The position numbers and the translations under genes are program-made. The notes beneath the pieces are model-generated. The model was not told the origin of the DNA. It saw only the letters and a program-made list of their open reading frames with translations, and made no database searches. DNA of 48,739 bases from Candidatus Pacearchaeota archaeon (GTDB lineage Archaea; Nanobdellota; Nanobdellia; Pacearchaeales; GW2011-AR1): assembly GCA_016186365.1 (NCBI GenBank), contig JACPLT010000015.1, positions 1 to 48,739 of the forward strand, given 5' to 3'. This document shows, in pieces, positions 34,048-43,239 of this stretch (within the stretch, counting starts at the first letter, position 1; each line of letters begins with the position of its first letter).

Positions 34048-34537
34048 GCTTAAAAATTATCTTAATGACAAAAGAATACTAGATATAATCATATTTGGTT
34101 CTGCTGTAAAAGGAAAAGCCATGCCAAATGACATAGATATTGCAATAATATGTAATGAAGATATAAAAATAGATATTAATAATTTTCATATTAGTGTATT
34201 AAAATCAGAAGATTTTCTCAAACCCATTTCAATTATTAACACATTATTCAGAGAAGGGTATAGTTTAAAATATAATATGCCTTTTTCTGAAGTGCATAAG
34301 TTCTCAAGCAAAGTTCTATTTAGATATGAACTTTCTGGATTAAATTCCTCAACAAAAGTAAAAGTAGTTAATTTCTTAAGAGGAAAGGGCAATTCGTCAG
34401 GAATTGTAAAAGAAAATAAAGGGGAATGGCTGGCAAATCAGGTTTTTTTAATTCCTATAACTAACGAGCATATTTTTGAAAAATTTTTTATAAATTTTAA
34501 TGTGAAATATAAAAAATTCTTTATATTAATACATTAA
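34010..34537 (+). CDS. minimal nucleotidyltransferase (MNT-type) with extended C-terminus
   Basis: IIIFGSAVKGKAMPNDIDIAII is the GS-x10-DxD signature of the Pol-beta superfamily. Confidence 0.75.
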   Translation: MPMNLEILQIKNKLKNYLNDKRILDIIIFGSAVKGKAMPNDIDIAIICNEDIKIDINNFHISVLKSEDFLKPISIINTLFREGYSLKYNMPFSEVHKFSSKVLFRYELSGLNSSTKVKVVNFLRGKGNSSGIVKENKGEWLANQVFLIPITNEHIFEKFFINFNVKYKKFFILIH

Positions 34538-34543
34538 TTTAAA

Positions 34544-34792
34544 ATGATAAAAAGTAAACAAAAAGATAATACATTAATTAAGATAAATAAGCTAAGTTCA
34601 GAAATGAAGAATGCAGGAATAACCCGGGTGAGTGATGATTCTCTATACTTTATTGACCAGTTTATCTGGGAGAAAATTAAAAAAATAATTCCCTCGTTAA
34701 AGCAGGAAATGATAATTCATGGAAGAAAGACTCTGAAAAAAGAAGATGTTAAAAGTGTTCTTGAATTAAAAAAAGAATTTTCAGAAATCTAA
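34544..34792 (+). CDS. histone-fold protein (archaeal histone-like)
   Basis: AGITRVSDDSLYFIDQFIWEKIKKIIPSLKQEMIIHGRKTLKKEDVKSVL parallels HMf-type (RVS.DA...A.HAGRKT.K.EDI). Confidence 0.65.
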   Translation: MIKSKQKDNTLIKINKLSSEMKNAGITRVSDDSLYFIDQFIWEKIKKIIPSLKQEMIIHGRKTLKKEDVKSVLELKKEFSEI

Positions 34793-34840
34793 AACTCCCT
34801 CTATCATCACCTTTATAAATCACCCTTATCTTTAATTTTT

Positions 34841-35155
34841 ATGGAGCAATATAATCAACAGCCAACAGAATTTGTAAGAGTAAAACTTCCGAGAGGAAGG
34901 GAAATTCTAGGAATAATCGAGCAAAGAGTTGGTGGAACAAGAATGCAGGTAAAATGTGTAGATGGTAAACTAAGAAACTGCAGAGTTCCAGGAAGGCTAA
35001 GAAGAAGTCTATGGTTAAGAGAGGGAGATATAGTAATAGTAGAACCCTGGGAATTCGATAATGAAAAGGGGGATGTTCTTTTCAAATACAATCCTACTCA
35101 AATTCAGTGGCTCGAAAGAAAAGGGCATCTTAAAAATATTAAAAATGAATTCTAA
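34841..35155 (+). CDS. eif1a: translation initiation factor aIF1A
   Basis: S1-like OB core: VRVKLPRGREILGIIEQRVGGTRMQVKCVDGKLRNCRVPGRLRRSLWLREGDIVIVEPWEF. Confidence 0.9.
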   Translation: MEQYNQQPTEFVRVKLPRGREILGIIEQRVGGTRMQVKCVDGKLRNCRVPGRLRRSLWLREGDIVIVEPWEFDNEKGDVLFKYNPTQIQWLERKGHLKNIKNEF

Positions 35156-35699
35156 CATACAGGAAAAAGAAGAGAGAATAATAGGAATTCTAAAACCTCA
35201 AACAATCAGGAAAATAGCTGCAAGCAGGAAAAAGCTGGAAATTTCTCTCAAAACAAAAATTAGCATAAAAAGCAGCATAATCACTGTTTCTGGAAGCGAG
35301 ATTAATAACTATCTGGCAGAAAAAGTATTTGAAGCTTTAGACAGGAATTTTCCAATAAATGTTTCTCTTCTTCTTTTAGACGAAGACTTCATTCTTGAAG
35401 ATATTTTAATTAAAGAGATAACAAAGAAAAAAAATATACCCATAATAAGAGCCAGAATAATAGGGACAGAAGGAAAAACCCTCAAAGTATTGGGAGAGTT
35501 GTCAAACTCCTATGTAACCTTAAACGACAACACAGTAAGTGTAATCGCTCCTTCCGAAAACATAAAAGAAATAACCAATGCTATAATAAGTTTAATCAAC
35601 GGAAGCAAGCAGGCTAAAGTTTATGCCTATCTTGAAAAAAACAGAAAGAAGAAGATTTTCTCAAAAAACAAGATAAGCGACAATCCTAGTAAGCTTTAA
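35145..35699 (+). CDS. KH-domain RNA-binding protein (Dim2/Pno1-like)
   Basis: The ORF track starts at 35061. ATG 35145 overlaps the aIF1A stop by 11 nt. The KH-like block is ARIIGTEGKTLKVLGELSNSYVTLNDNTVSVIA. Confidence 0.65.
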   Translation: MNSNIQEKEERIIGILKPQTIRKIAASRKKLEISLKTKISIKSSIITVSGSEINNYLAEKVFEALDRNFPINVSLLLLDEDFILEDILIKEITKKKNIPIIRARIIGTEGKTLKVLGELSNSYVTLNDNTVSVIAPSENIKEITNAIISLINGSKQAKVYAYLEKNRKKKIFSKNKISDNPSKL

Positions 35700-35725
35700 A
35701 AATCTCTTGTATTTTAGATTTTCAA

Positions 35726-35856
35726 GTCCCAGTAGCTCAGCAGGTAGAGCAACTGACTGTTAAAGCGCAGGAAACCAAGGTTTCCTACCGCACTACCTTC
35801 CTTAAAGAAGCTAAATTGAAATCAGTGGGTCGTTGGTTCGAGTCCAGCCTGGGACG
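35726..35856 (+). tRNA. tRNA-Asn(GUU) with a 58-nt intron at 37/38
   Basis: Acceptor GTCCCAG/CTGGGAC. D arm GCTC-AGCAGGTA-GAGC. Anticodon stem ACTGA/TCAGT with loop CTGTTAA (GTT at 35759-35761). Variable loop GGGTC, T arm GTTGG-TTCGAGT-CCAGC, discriminator G. TATA-like GCTTTAAAAAT lies about 25-30 nt upstream. Confidence 0.9.
35763..35820 (+). other. tRNA-Asn intron
   Basis: Contains hairpin GGAAACCAAGGTTTCC followed by TACCGCACTACCTTCCTT. The 22-mer at 35782-35803 recurs at 22262-22283 on the opposite strand. Confidence 0.8.
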
Positions 35857-35872
35857 TTTATAAAAGAGGAAA

Positions 35873-36718
35873 ATGAGTTTCATAACACCCGTAGTATCTG
35901 CACTATTGCAGGCAAGTTCATTCACCCTAGACAAAGTTATAATGTCTGCAAAAAAAGTAACTTATAAAAATTATATTGGACTAAGTTTCCCTCTTATATT
36001 CATAATTAACCTTATAATATTTCTCATATTCCGGCCAGAACTATCCCCAAGATTGTTCGCAGGAAAATTTCTGTTTCTGGTAATCCTTTCTATCTCCCTT
36101 TCAATAATAATAAACCTGATTTTCTATAAAGCCCTCAAATCTGAAAAGCTGAATGAAATAGAGATGATTTCTTTGCTCGGCTCAATCCCAGTTATAATTC
36201 TGACTAGTTTTATATTTGAATCAGAAAGAAACTTTATGATAATAATCCTTGCTTTAATCTCCTCTTCAGCTATCATCTGGTCGCACTGGAGAAAAGATCA
36301 CTTCCAGATTGCAAAAAAAACATGGGCATATCTTCTTGCTACACTAATAATCAGCCCGATAGGCGCGATAACATCAAAGATCCTTTTGGCAGAGTGGAAC
36401 CCTATGTCTTTAGAATTAGTAAGGTCTTTTTTTCTCGCCGTAATTTTCAGCATGTTCTTTTTTAAATCCATAGAAAAAACAGGAGCAAAAACATTTCTTC
36501 TATTAGTTATAACAAACATTCTTACCACAATCGCATGGATATTATATTATTTCTCATACAAAACAAATGGAGTTATTGAGACAGTTTTAATTTTTTCCCT
36601 TCAGCCCATGCTTGTCTATTTAGCATCTTTCATTCTTCTAAAAGAAAAATTCCACATGAAAAAATTCATAGCGTTCGTTATTGTTCTTGCCTCAATTACT
36701 CTCTCGCAAATTCTATAG
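35873..36718 (+). CDS. EamA/DMT-superfamily membrane transporter-like protein
   Basis: 281 aa with about 10 hydrophobic helices in two similar halves. Confidence 0.65.
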   Translation: MSFITPVVSALLQASSFTLDKVIMSAKKVTYKNYIGLSFPLIFIINLIIFLIFRPELSPRLFAGKFLFLVILSISLSIIINLIFYKALKSEKLNEIEMISLLGSIPVIILTSFIFESERNFMIIILALISSSAIIWSHWRKDHFQIAKKTWAYLLATLIISPIGAITSKILLAEWNPMSLELVRSFFLAVIFSMFFFKSIEKTGAKTFLLLVITNILTTIAWILYYFSYKTNGVIETVLIFSLQPMLVYLASFILLKEKFHMKKFIAFVIVLASITLSQIL

Positions 36719-36752
36719 CAATCTTTTTATATCCCTGTTTGTTATAGGTAAC

Positions 36753-37313
36753 ATGGATTTAGACAAAGCAATAAAAGAGAGGCATTCATCAAGGAGATAT
36801 TCTTCCAAAAAAGTTGCCTGGCAGGATATAATGAAAGCTGTCAATTTAGCAAGACTCGCACCTCTAGCAGGAAATATTCCCACTCTAAAATTTGTGGTTA
36901 TAGATGATAAAGAAACAATGCAAAAGCTGGCAGACGCCTGTCAGCAGGATTTCGTTGCAACTGCAAAATACGTCGTAGCTGTCTGTTCTGATAATTCTAA
37001 TCTTCTAGTAAGTTATGAAGATAGGGCTAAAAAATACTCTCATCAGCAGGCAGGAGCAGCAATAGAAAATTTTCTTCTCAAAATAGCAGAATTAAGATTA
37101 ACAACCTGCTGGGTTGGTGCATTTGTCGATGAACAAGTAAAAAGCATATTGAAAATTCCAGGCAGCATTGAAGTTGAAGCCCTATTCCCAATTGGATATG
37201 AAATGCCCCCTAAGTCCAAGCAAAGAACAAAAATAAATCTTGACAGAATGCTGTTCTTTAATTCCTGGGGCAACAGGTATATGGTTCCATTAAAAAAGCC
37301 CGAGGGCTTGTAG
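36753..37313 (+). CDS. nitroreductase-family protein
   Basis: ATG 36753 gives MDLDKAIKERHSSRRY, the canonical nitroreductase N-terminus (R-x-S-x-R). APLAGN... follows. The ORF track starts at 36681. Confidence 0.8.
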   Translation: MDLDKAIKERHSSRRYSSKKVAWQDIMKAVNLARLAPLAGNIPTLKFVVIDDKETMQKLADACQQDFVATAKYVVAVCSDNSNLLVSYEDRAKKYSHQQAGAAIENFLLKIAELRLTTCWVGAFVDEQVKSILKIPGSIEVEALFPIGYEMPPKSKQRTKINLDRMLFFNSWGNRYMVPLKKPEGL

Positions 37314-38027
37314 TTACTTTTTTGCTATAAAAGCTGCATAAAGAGGGTCTTTATTATAACCTTCCCAAAATTCTTCCCCCATTGATTTTATGCCCTCAGG
37401 AATTACACTAAGCTCTTTCCAATCTATCTCTTTAAAACCAGATTTAAGTGCTGCTTTTTTATAATCTTGTTTTGAAAAATAAGAATAGTCTGAACTAAAA
37501 GAATATTTTCCATTAATAAAAAATTCAGTTCTCATCTTTCTTCCAGATATTTTTAATATTCTTCTGTTATAAACAATCTTACCAAGTCTAGAAAAATTGG
37601 GGTTGATAATTATAGCCAAAAATTCTCCTCCATTTCTTAGATGCTTAAATGCAGAGTTAAAAAAAGAAACTAACTCTGAATAATTTTTAGCATAGAATAA
37701 AACCATGTTAGAAACAGCTTTATCAAATTTTTCATGATAATCAAATTTATTCTGGTCTGAACAAAAAAACTTCATATTTTTATTCTCTCTCGCTTTTGCT
37801 AGCTCTATTTGTCTTTCTGATGAATCATACCCTATGATTTTTGCTCCTTTTTCTGCAATAATGCTTGTAAAATACCCATCTCCACATCCAATGTCTAAAA
37901 TTAACTTTCCATGTATATCTCCTAAAAGTCGTATTGCTTCAGGGTATTGTAAATACTTTTTAAGAGGGTCCTGAATTATTAGTTTAGAATAATCTTCTGC
38001 AAGGTGATTATATTGTTTTATGCTCAT
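37314..38027 (-). CDS. class I SAM-dependent methyltransferase
   Basis: Motif I ILDIGCGDGYFT, followed by IIGYDSSERQI (acidic post-I residue). Confidence 0.8.
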   Translation of the reverse strand: MSIKQYNHLAEDYSKLIIQDPLKKYLQYPEAIRLLGDIHGKLILDIGCGDGYFTSIIAEKGAKIIGYDSSERQIELAKARENKNMKFFCSDQNKFDYHEKFDKAVSNMVLFYAKNYSELVSFFNSAFKHLRNGGEFLAIIINPNFSRLGKIVYNRRILKISGRKMRTEFFINGKYSFSSDYSYFSKQDYKKAALKSGFKEIDWKELSVIPEGIKSMGEEFWEGYNKDPLYAAFIAKK

Positions 38028-38060
38028 ATAAAAAATAAGAGAATAGCATATTTATAAATT

Positions 38061-38123
38061 TACATTCAATCAGTCAAAAAAAATAAAAAGAAAAAAAAGA
38101 AAAAAGCTGCTCTGACGAGCAGC
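38061..38123 (-). terminator. hairpin plus long oligo-T tract downstream of ftsZ
   Basis: gctgctc (38106-38112) pairs with gagcagc (38117-38123), 8 nt after the ftsZ stop. On the minus strand this is followed by a T-rich run (plus-strand A-run 38065-38105). Confidence 0.55.
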
Positions 38124-38130
38124 AATTGAA

Positions 38131-39210
38131 TTATCTGTAAGTTCTTATTCCCAAATCAGACATCTCGCTAGACATTCCTGTATTCTGTGAATAAGTTTGC
38201 TTTCCAAGGATGTATGGAGACTTAACTCCAGTCATAATTGTTATGACTCTTACCTTTCCAGTAAAATCTTTGTTAATTCTCGCCCCAATAATAACTTGAG
38301 CTTCAGAATTAAGATTCTCTGAAACCATCTGCCCGATTGTGCTGAATTCTTCCAGCTTCAAATCAGGCCCGCCAGTAATGTGTATCAAAGCTCCAGTTGC
38401 TCCCTTATAATCAACATCCAGCAAAGGATGAGACATTGCTTGTTTAACTGCCTCATCAACTCTGCTTGAATTGTCGCTCTCTCCAATTCCAATTACAGCT
38501 ACATCTCCATTCTTCATGATAGCTGAAACATCTGCATAATCCAAGTTAATCAATGATGGGAGAGTAATAGTTTCCACTATTCCCTTTATCATTGTGCTAA
38601 TCAACTCGTTTGCAACTGCAAATGCTTGTTCCATTGGAAGATTTCCTGCAACATCTACCAGTCTATTATTATCAATAACAACCACAGTATCAGTTACATC
38701 TCTCAATTCCTGCAACCCAAATTCCGCCTTGTCTATTCTAGCTTTTTCGCAGTCAAATGGCATGGTAACAACCGCTATTACTACTGCTCCTGTTTCTTTT
38801 GCAAGTTGTGCAAATACAGGTGCAGAGCCAGTTCCTGTTCCACCACCCATTCCAGCTATAATAAAGACCATATCTGCTCCAGATACAGACTTCTTAATGT
38901 CTGAAATAGCCTCTTTTGCTGCCTCTCTGCCTTTTTGAGGGTATCCTCCGCATCCCAATCCTCTTGTCAATTCTTTTCCAATAAGGATTTTTTCATCAGC
39001 CTTGGTTATGCTAAGATGAAGTGCATCTGTGTTGGCTCCATAAACTGTAGCCCCATTGATACCTTTATTAAAAAGCCAGGTTACTGCATTACATCCTGCT
39101 CCACCACATCCAAAAACCTTGATATTCGCTTTTCCAGCTTTCAACTCATCAAAGTTAATGCTATGAGTAGATGCATTCTCTATTGCTTCTTTGGCAAAAT
39201 CTAATACCAT
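38131..39210 (-). CDS. ftsZ: cell division protein FtsZ
   Basis: IKVFGCGGAGCNAV, tubulin signature GMGGGTGTGSAPV and NLDYADV. An SD-like AAAGGAGGA lies upstream. Confidence 0.95.
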   Translation of the reverse strand: MVLDFAKEAIENASTHSINFDELKAGKANIKVFGCGGAGCNAVTWLFNKGINGATVYGANTDALHLSITKADEKILIGKELTRGLGCGGYPQKGREAAKEAISDIKKSVSGADMVFIIAGMGGGTGTGSAPVFAQLAKETGAVVIAVVTMPFDCEKARIDKAEFGLQELRDVTDTVVVIDNNRLVDVAGNLPMEQAFAVANELISTMIKGIVETITLPSLINLDYADVSAIMKNGDVAVIGIGESDNSSRVDEAVKQAMSHPLLDVDYKGATGALIHITGGPDLKLEEFSTIGQMVSENLNSEAQVIIGARINKDFTGKVRVITIMTGVKSPYILGKQTYSQNTGMSSEMSDLGIRTYR

Positions 39211-39613
39211 CTTTTTAGTCCTCCTTTCAATTTTTGAGGTTAAGTTTCGATAAGTTTAAATACTTCTTATGCCTCAATATTTTATAATAGAATTCCAAAT
39301 ACGACACACGCAAAAAAGGAATTCACCTCAATTCACCCCGTAGGATTTGTTCAATTCGCCAAAATTGAATAAATCTTAAAATACGGAAGCTCTAATTCTT
39401 TATAAATCTTTTTATAATTCTGAATATATGTTAGTTGTATCTAGAAAGTAACTCTATAAAACAAAAAGAAAAAATTATGCTCATTTTTTTCTATAATCCT
39501 ATAAGATGAGTGGCAAACCATCTATTATCTTGCAGAGAAATTAAAAATAAGAAAGGCTAAAGATATTATAATATCCCACATTTATTTATAAATAAGGTTT
39601 AATTCTATTTTTT

Positions 39614-40066
39614 ATGGCCGATTTGGAGCAATTAGTTAGTAATCACCCAAAAATAAGAGGAGTGATAAATAAAGATAGAGTAGAATTCTTGTATGCTCTT
39701 GAAATGCCTGCAGTGGATGAAGCAACTTATGGAGAATTAACAAGACTAGAAATAGGAATACGTGTTTCCAAGAAATTTATAAGAGAGTTTAATTTATTAA
39801 AATATAATAAGGATTCGACAAAATTGCCTAATGAAGCAGATGCCAGGGTTATTTTTGAGGCTATTCGACCAACTTTTAAAGGAAGAAAGTTAAAACCTAT
39901 ATGGCATCTTAATGAAGATTACCGCACATTTGATGAGGCGGATGAAGAGCTTAGTACTTATAGAGGATTTCATTGCCATTTTAAGAGAGAAGGCAGAGAT
40001 ATAGTTTTAAATGTAGTTGGCGACTTGGAACTTGATGAAGAATATGATGAATCTTTTGCTGGTTAA
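39614..40066 (+). CDS. hypothetical protein
   Basis: 150-aa ORF with an acidic C-terminus. No motif recognised. Confidence 0.5.
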   Translation: MADLEQLVSNHPKIRGVINKDRVEFLYALEMPAVDEATYGELTRLEIGIRVSKKFIREFNLLKYNKDSTKLPNEADARVIFEAIRPTFKGRKLKPIWHLNEDYRTFDEADEELSTYRGFHCHFKREGRDIVLNVVGDLELDEEYDESFAG

Positions 40067-40124
40067 AGTGATTTGACCCCATAATTCAATGATTTTCTCC
40101 TCAATAATCATCAAATTTAATTTA

Positions 40125-40358
40125 TTATTTTATTCTTTCTTCAATAATAGCAGAAATACTTTTTCCAGTTTTCTCTTTCATTTTTGCTAATTTATCAAGG
40201 GTTCTAACAGATAAAGTTATGTCTATTCTTTTTCTTTGTGAAGGAAGCTCTCTTGTTTTGTCATAATTCTCCAAAGCTTCAAAAAGCTCTTTATATTTGC
40301 CAATAATATATTTAATTTTCTTGTTTGTTATCATTTTATACAACTTTTCATTCTCCAT
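40125..40358 (-). CDS. small RHH-like protein downstream of doc (possible antitoxin)
   Basis: 77 aa. The C-terminal RKRIDITLSVRTLDKLAKMKEKTGKSISAIIEERI fits a ribbon-helix-helix pattern. Overlaps the doc gene by 28 nt. Confidence 0.5.
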   Translation of the reverse strand: MENEKLYKMITNKKIKYIIGKYKELFEALENYDKTRELPSQRKRIDITLSVRTLDKLAKMKEKTGKSISAIIEERIK

Positions 40359-40672
40359 TCAATGTTTCTTATTTGAGTGAGATTATTTTTGGCAATAGAT
40401 ATTATTTGTTGAACTAATAAGTCTCTATCCGCCTGCTTTCCATTTTCTTCTGCAAAATTAAGGCATAAAAACATCGCAGTTCTTTTATTTCCATCTGAAA
40501 AAGGATGATCGACAAGTATTGCCCTTAACAAAAAAGCCAGCTTTTTGTAATCTCCCAGCTTGTTATTTTTTTGCATAGCCAAGGCATAATCCAAACTAGA
40601 GTCACTCCTTAAATTTCCATCAAATCCCATGTTTATTCTTATCAAATCTTCCTTACTAATTTCCATACACAT
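40331..40672 (-). CDS. doc: Fic/Doc-family toxin (Doc-like)
   Basis: Fic motif HPFSDGNKRTAM (HxFx[D/N]GNKR). About 110 aa, Doc-sized. Confidence 0.85.
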   Translation of the reverse strand: MCMEISKEDLIRINMGFDGNLRSDSSLDYALAMQKNNKLGDYKKLAFLLRAILVDHPFSDGNKRTAMFLCLNFAEENGKQADRDLLVQQIISIAKNNLTQIRNIEWRMKSCIK

Positions 40673-40708
40673 AGATAATAGTAATAAGTATATAAATGTT
40701 TCGCTTCA

Positions 40709-41269
40709 TCAAATCTCATTTTCTAATCTCACTATTCTCGCCCTCGTTCTCCCCAATCTCGAATTTGCCTCTCTTACAAGCAGTTTTAAGTAATTATCAT
40801 CAACCAATATTTTTTTCTCGTCAATTATCGGAAGCTCTAATTTTTCTGTGGAAAAAAGTTCGCATATAACTCTTTTTTTTCCTGCCAACATGCCAATTCT
40901 TTTCCAACCCGCTTTAGTTGCTTTCTGCAAAAATTCTTTCGCCTTATCAACATTCTGGCAGGCAACATGAAGTATGCACGGCTCCTGCTTAAAATAAACA
41001 ATTTTATCATACTCTTTTTTTATCTCTTCCAATTTTATTTTCAGCTGTTTAAAACTAATCTTATTATGGCTTTTGAAAAGAAAAACATCATCTGCTTTTT
41101 CAACTATTCCTTTAACAAGGACGATTCTCCCAGAACAGCTGCTTGTGGTATAATAATCATACAATAAATTTATTTTGTTGCACAAATTCTCAATATCTCT
41201 GTCCCATTTGCCTTCATCACTCATATCTTTTCTATTCAGCTGATTTTTCTTTTGTTCAAAAAAGTTCAT
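40709..41269 (-). CDS. taw3: tRNA wyosine-derivative methyltransferase Taw3/TYW3-like
   Basis: The conserved TTSSCSGRIVL motif and the layout of TYW3-family proteins. 186 aa. Confidence 0.75.
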   Translation of the reverse strand: MNFFEQKKNQLNRKDMSDEGKWDRDIENLCNKINLLYDYYTTSSCSGRIVLVKGIVEKADDVFLFKSHNKISFKQLKIKLEEIKKEYDKIVYFKQEPCILHVACQNVDKAKEFLQKATKAGWKRIGMLAGKKRVICELFSTEKLELPIIDEKKILVDDNYLKLLVREANSRLGRTRARIVRLENEI

Positions 41270-41314
41270 AGAGATAATAAAAAAGCAAGTTTTTTATAGT
41301 TTAGCATATCAAAA

Positions 41315-41440
41315 AAATAAAGGGCAACCACATCCTAAAGGATGTGGTTTGTCACAGCCCTTTATTTTTAGGATGCTCAGAAAAGGATAGTTGTTCACAA
41401 CTATCTGCACCCTAAAGGGTGCAGTTTACTTTTCTGACAT
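41315..41440 (+). repeat. 126-nt multi-hairpin element (hairpin family copy b); candidate structured RNA
   Basis: Nested stems aaataaagggc/gccctttattt (41315-25 with 41357-67) and aaccacatcc/ggatgtggtt (41326-35 with 41340-49). An outer stem tcagaaaag/cttttctga (41377-85 with 41429-37) encloses hairpins gatagttg/caactatc and tgcaccc/gggtgca. Confidence 0.65.
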
Positions 41441-41473
41441 TAGAATTTAGAGGAATAAATCTATTTAGAAAAC

Positions 41474-42511
41474 CTACTTGCCCAAAACCCTAATTAAATT
41501 CTCCTTAAACTTCAGCTCATCTTCAGCTTTTATTTCAGCCCCAGCAGCAGGAATATGCCCCCCTGCACTCGTATCTTCCAAGCCCTTCACAGATTCTAAA
41601 GCCAATTTATAACAATCCGTTTTTCTGTTCTGATTCCTGAAACTTATGCTCATTCTATTATTTTTCAAAAAAGCAAAGACAAAAACACTTTCTTTTTCAG
41701 TCATACTTAGTCCAGTTATTATCATGCTCTTTACAGCAAATCTAGAAGAAAATTTATAGTAATAACCCCAGCTATAAACTTCCCTATTCTTATTAAAATC
41801 TTCTTTTATCCTCTCGATTTCATCATAAACCTGGGAAGAATATTTTTTTATCTCTCCTAGTTTATCTAAGCTGAAATCAGCAAGAATATCATAGGCCTGT
41901 TTAGTTTTTCCTGAAAGGTAAATTAAAGCAAGAGTTATGTCTTGAGTAATATTCCAAATTTCACTCTCATTAATATCTTCACTCATTTTCATATCATATT
42001 TTTCAGCAACAGAATCCACAAATTCCTTATTTTGATAATAGCTGATTTCAGAAACAATCCCCAGAGCAACAATTAATTCCTTATTCTTTATATTTGCAAT
42101 CTTGGAAAAAAGATAATAGCAAAGATAGCATGCAGGAGAGTTTGTTTCTGTTTTTATATAGACTATTTTATCAGAATTTAAGTCTTTTTCAAATCTATGA
42201 TGATCCAAAACAACTATATCGGTTACTTGTTTTAATTCTTCAATTTTCTTAATATCTTCCTTAATTGAAATATCACAGAATATTATTTTATTTATTTTTC
42301 TTTTTTTCACTTCAACAGCTAATTTTTCAGTCATATCAGAAGAGTACTCTATAAAATCCAGGTGTTCTATGTTTCCTATGACTTCTGAAACAACAATAGC
42401 TGAAGCAACCCCGTCTAAATCATTATGGCAAATCAGCGCAATTTTATCCTTATCATTTAACCCAGAAACAAATTCAAAAAACCTCTTCTCGCTTCCAGCT
42501 AAAAATTTCAT
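41474..42511 (-). CDS. DHH/DHHA1-family phosphoesterase (RecJ/GAN-like)
   Basis: Motifs ALICHNDLDGVASA, VVLDHH and C-terminal GGHIPAAGA (DHHA1 GGGH-like). Confidence 0.75.
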   Translation of the reverse strand: MKFLAGSEKRFFEFVSGLNDKDKIALICHNDLDGVASAIVVSEVIGNIEHLDFIEYSSDMTEKLAVEVKKRKINKIIFCDISIKEDIKKIEELKQVTDIVVLDHHRFEKDLNSDKIVYIKTETNSPACYLCYYLFSKIANIKNKELIVALGIVSEISYYQNKEFVDSVAEKYDMKMSEDINESEIWNITQDITLALIYLSGKTKQAYDILADFSLDKLGEIKKYSSQVYDEIERIKEDFNKNREVYSWGYYYKFSSRFAVKSMIITGLSMTEKESVFVFAFLKNNRMSISFRNQNRKTDCYKLALESVKGLEDTSAGGHIPAAGAEIKAEDELKFKENLIRVLGK

Positions 42512-43239
42512 TCTTGCCTCCTTAAAAGAGGGATAATCTTATTTTTTAAGCTCAATAAAAGTTTAACTTTCTCTTCACTTTCCATTTCATCCACCTGACC
42601 ATCATTAATATTTTTGAATATTTCAAAAGAGATTGTTAAATCTTTATTTAATTTTATTATCCTAGAAAGGATATCTTCAAGTTGTTTATCTGAAAAAGAA
42701 GTATGGCTTATTCCTTCATAATGATTTCCCAAGTGTAAATGTTTTATTCTTCCTTGCAAAGAAAAGAATTTATCAAGTTCACTTTGAGAGATTGCAAGAG
42801 CGTGAGCAGTATCTAATGTTAAACTTAATCCCGCACTATTAAGAATGTTTAAAGTAGTTTCAAAATTAAGAGTGTTTTCTAATAGCAATTCTAAATTAAG
42901 TGAGTCACAATATTCTTTTATTTTTTTCAAGTAAGCTACATTCTCTTCAAGGTTAAATATTTCTGATTGATGAATAACTATTATTCTAGCTCCAAATTTG
43001 GAAAACAACCCTATGGATTTAATTATCTCATCATGATCCTCTTTTACATTAAACTTTAATTCCCAGTGAATATGTCCAATAACTAAAAAATTATCTAACA
43101 ACCGAATAATATTTTCTATTTCTTTATCTGAATAATTAAAATGCACATCAAATGTTATTTCCACGAAATCAAATTTCTTAGACAGGTTTAGTTGTTCAAA
43201 TAAATCAGCATTCGGATTAACAGTATAACCGATTTTCAT
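42508..43239 (-). CDS. xylose-isomerase-like TIM-barrel protein (sugar phosphate isomerase/epimerase or AP endonuclease 2 family)
   Basis: IVIHQS, LLLEN, LDTAHA and HLHLGN are the metal-ligand strand ends typical of this fold. ATG 43239 (MKIGYT) is preferred over the ORF-track start 43281. Confidence 0.65.
   Translation of the reverse strand: MKIGYTVNPNADLFEQLNLSKKFDFVEITFDVHFNYSDKEIENIIRLLDNFLVIGHIHWELKFNVKEDHDEIIKSIGLFSKFGARIIVIHQSEIFNLEENVAYLKKIKEYCDSLNLELLLENTLNFETTLNILNSAGLSLTLDTAHALAISQSELDKFFSLQGRIKHLHLGNHYEGISHTSFSDKQLEDILSRIIKLNKDLTISFEIFKNINDGQVDEMESEEKVKLLLSLKNKIIPLLRRQE

Noticed and set aside
35726-35856. C/D-box guide RNA encoded in the tRNA introns, as in archaeal tRNA-Trp
   Set aside because: No RUGAUGA C box is present in either intron, and the only CUGA lies in the exon. 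The conserved tail may still be functional, but not as a canonical C/D sRNA.
39211-39613. Hidden gene or RNA in the 400-bp ftsZ upstream spacer
   Set aside because: The only features are short ORFs (12 codons or fewer), one 13-bp imperfect hairpin (gatttgttcaatt / aattgaataaatc) and ordinary TATA/SD signals for the two divergent genes. Nothing exceeds background for AT-rich DNA.
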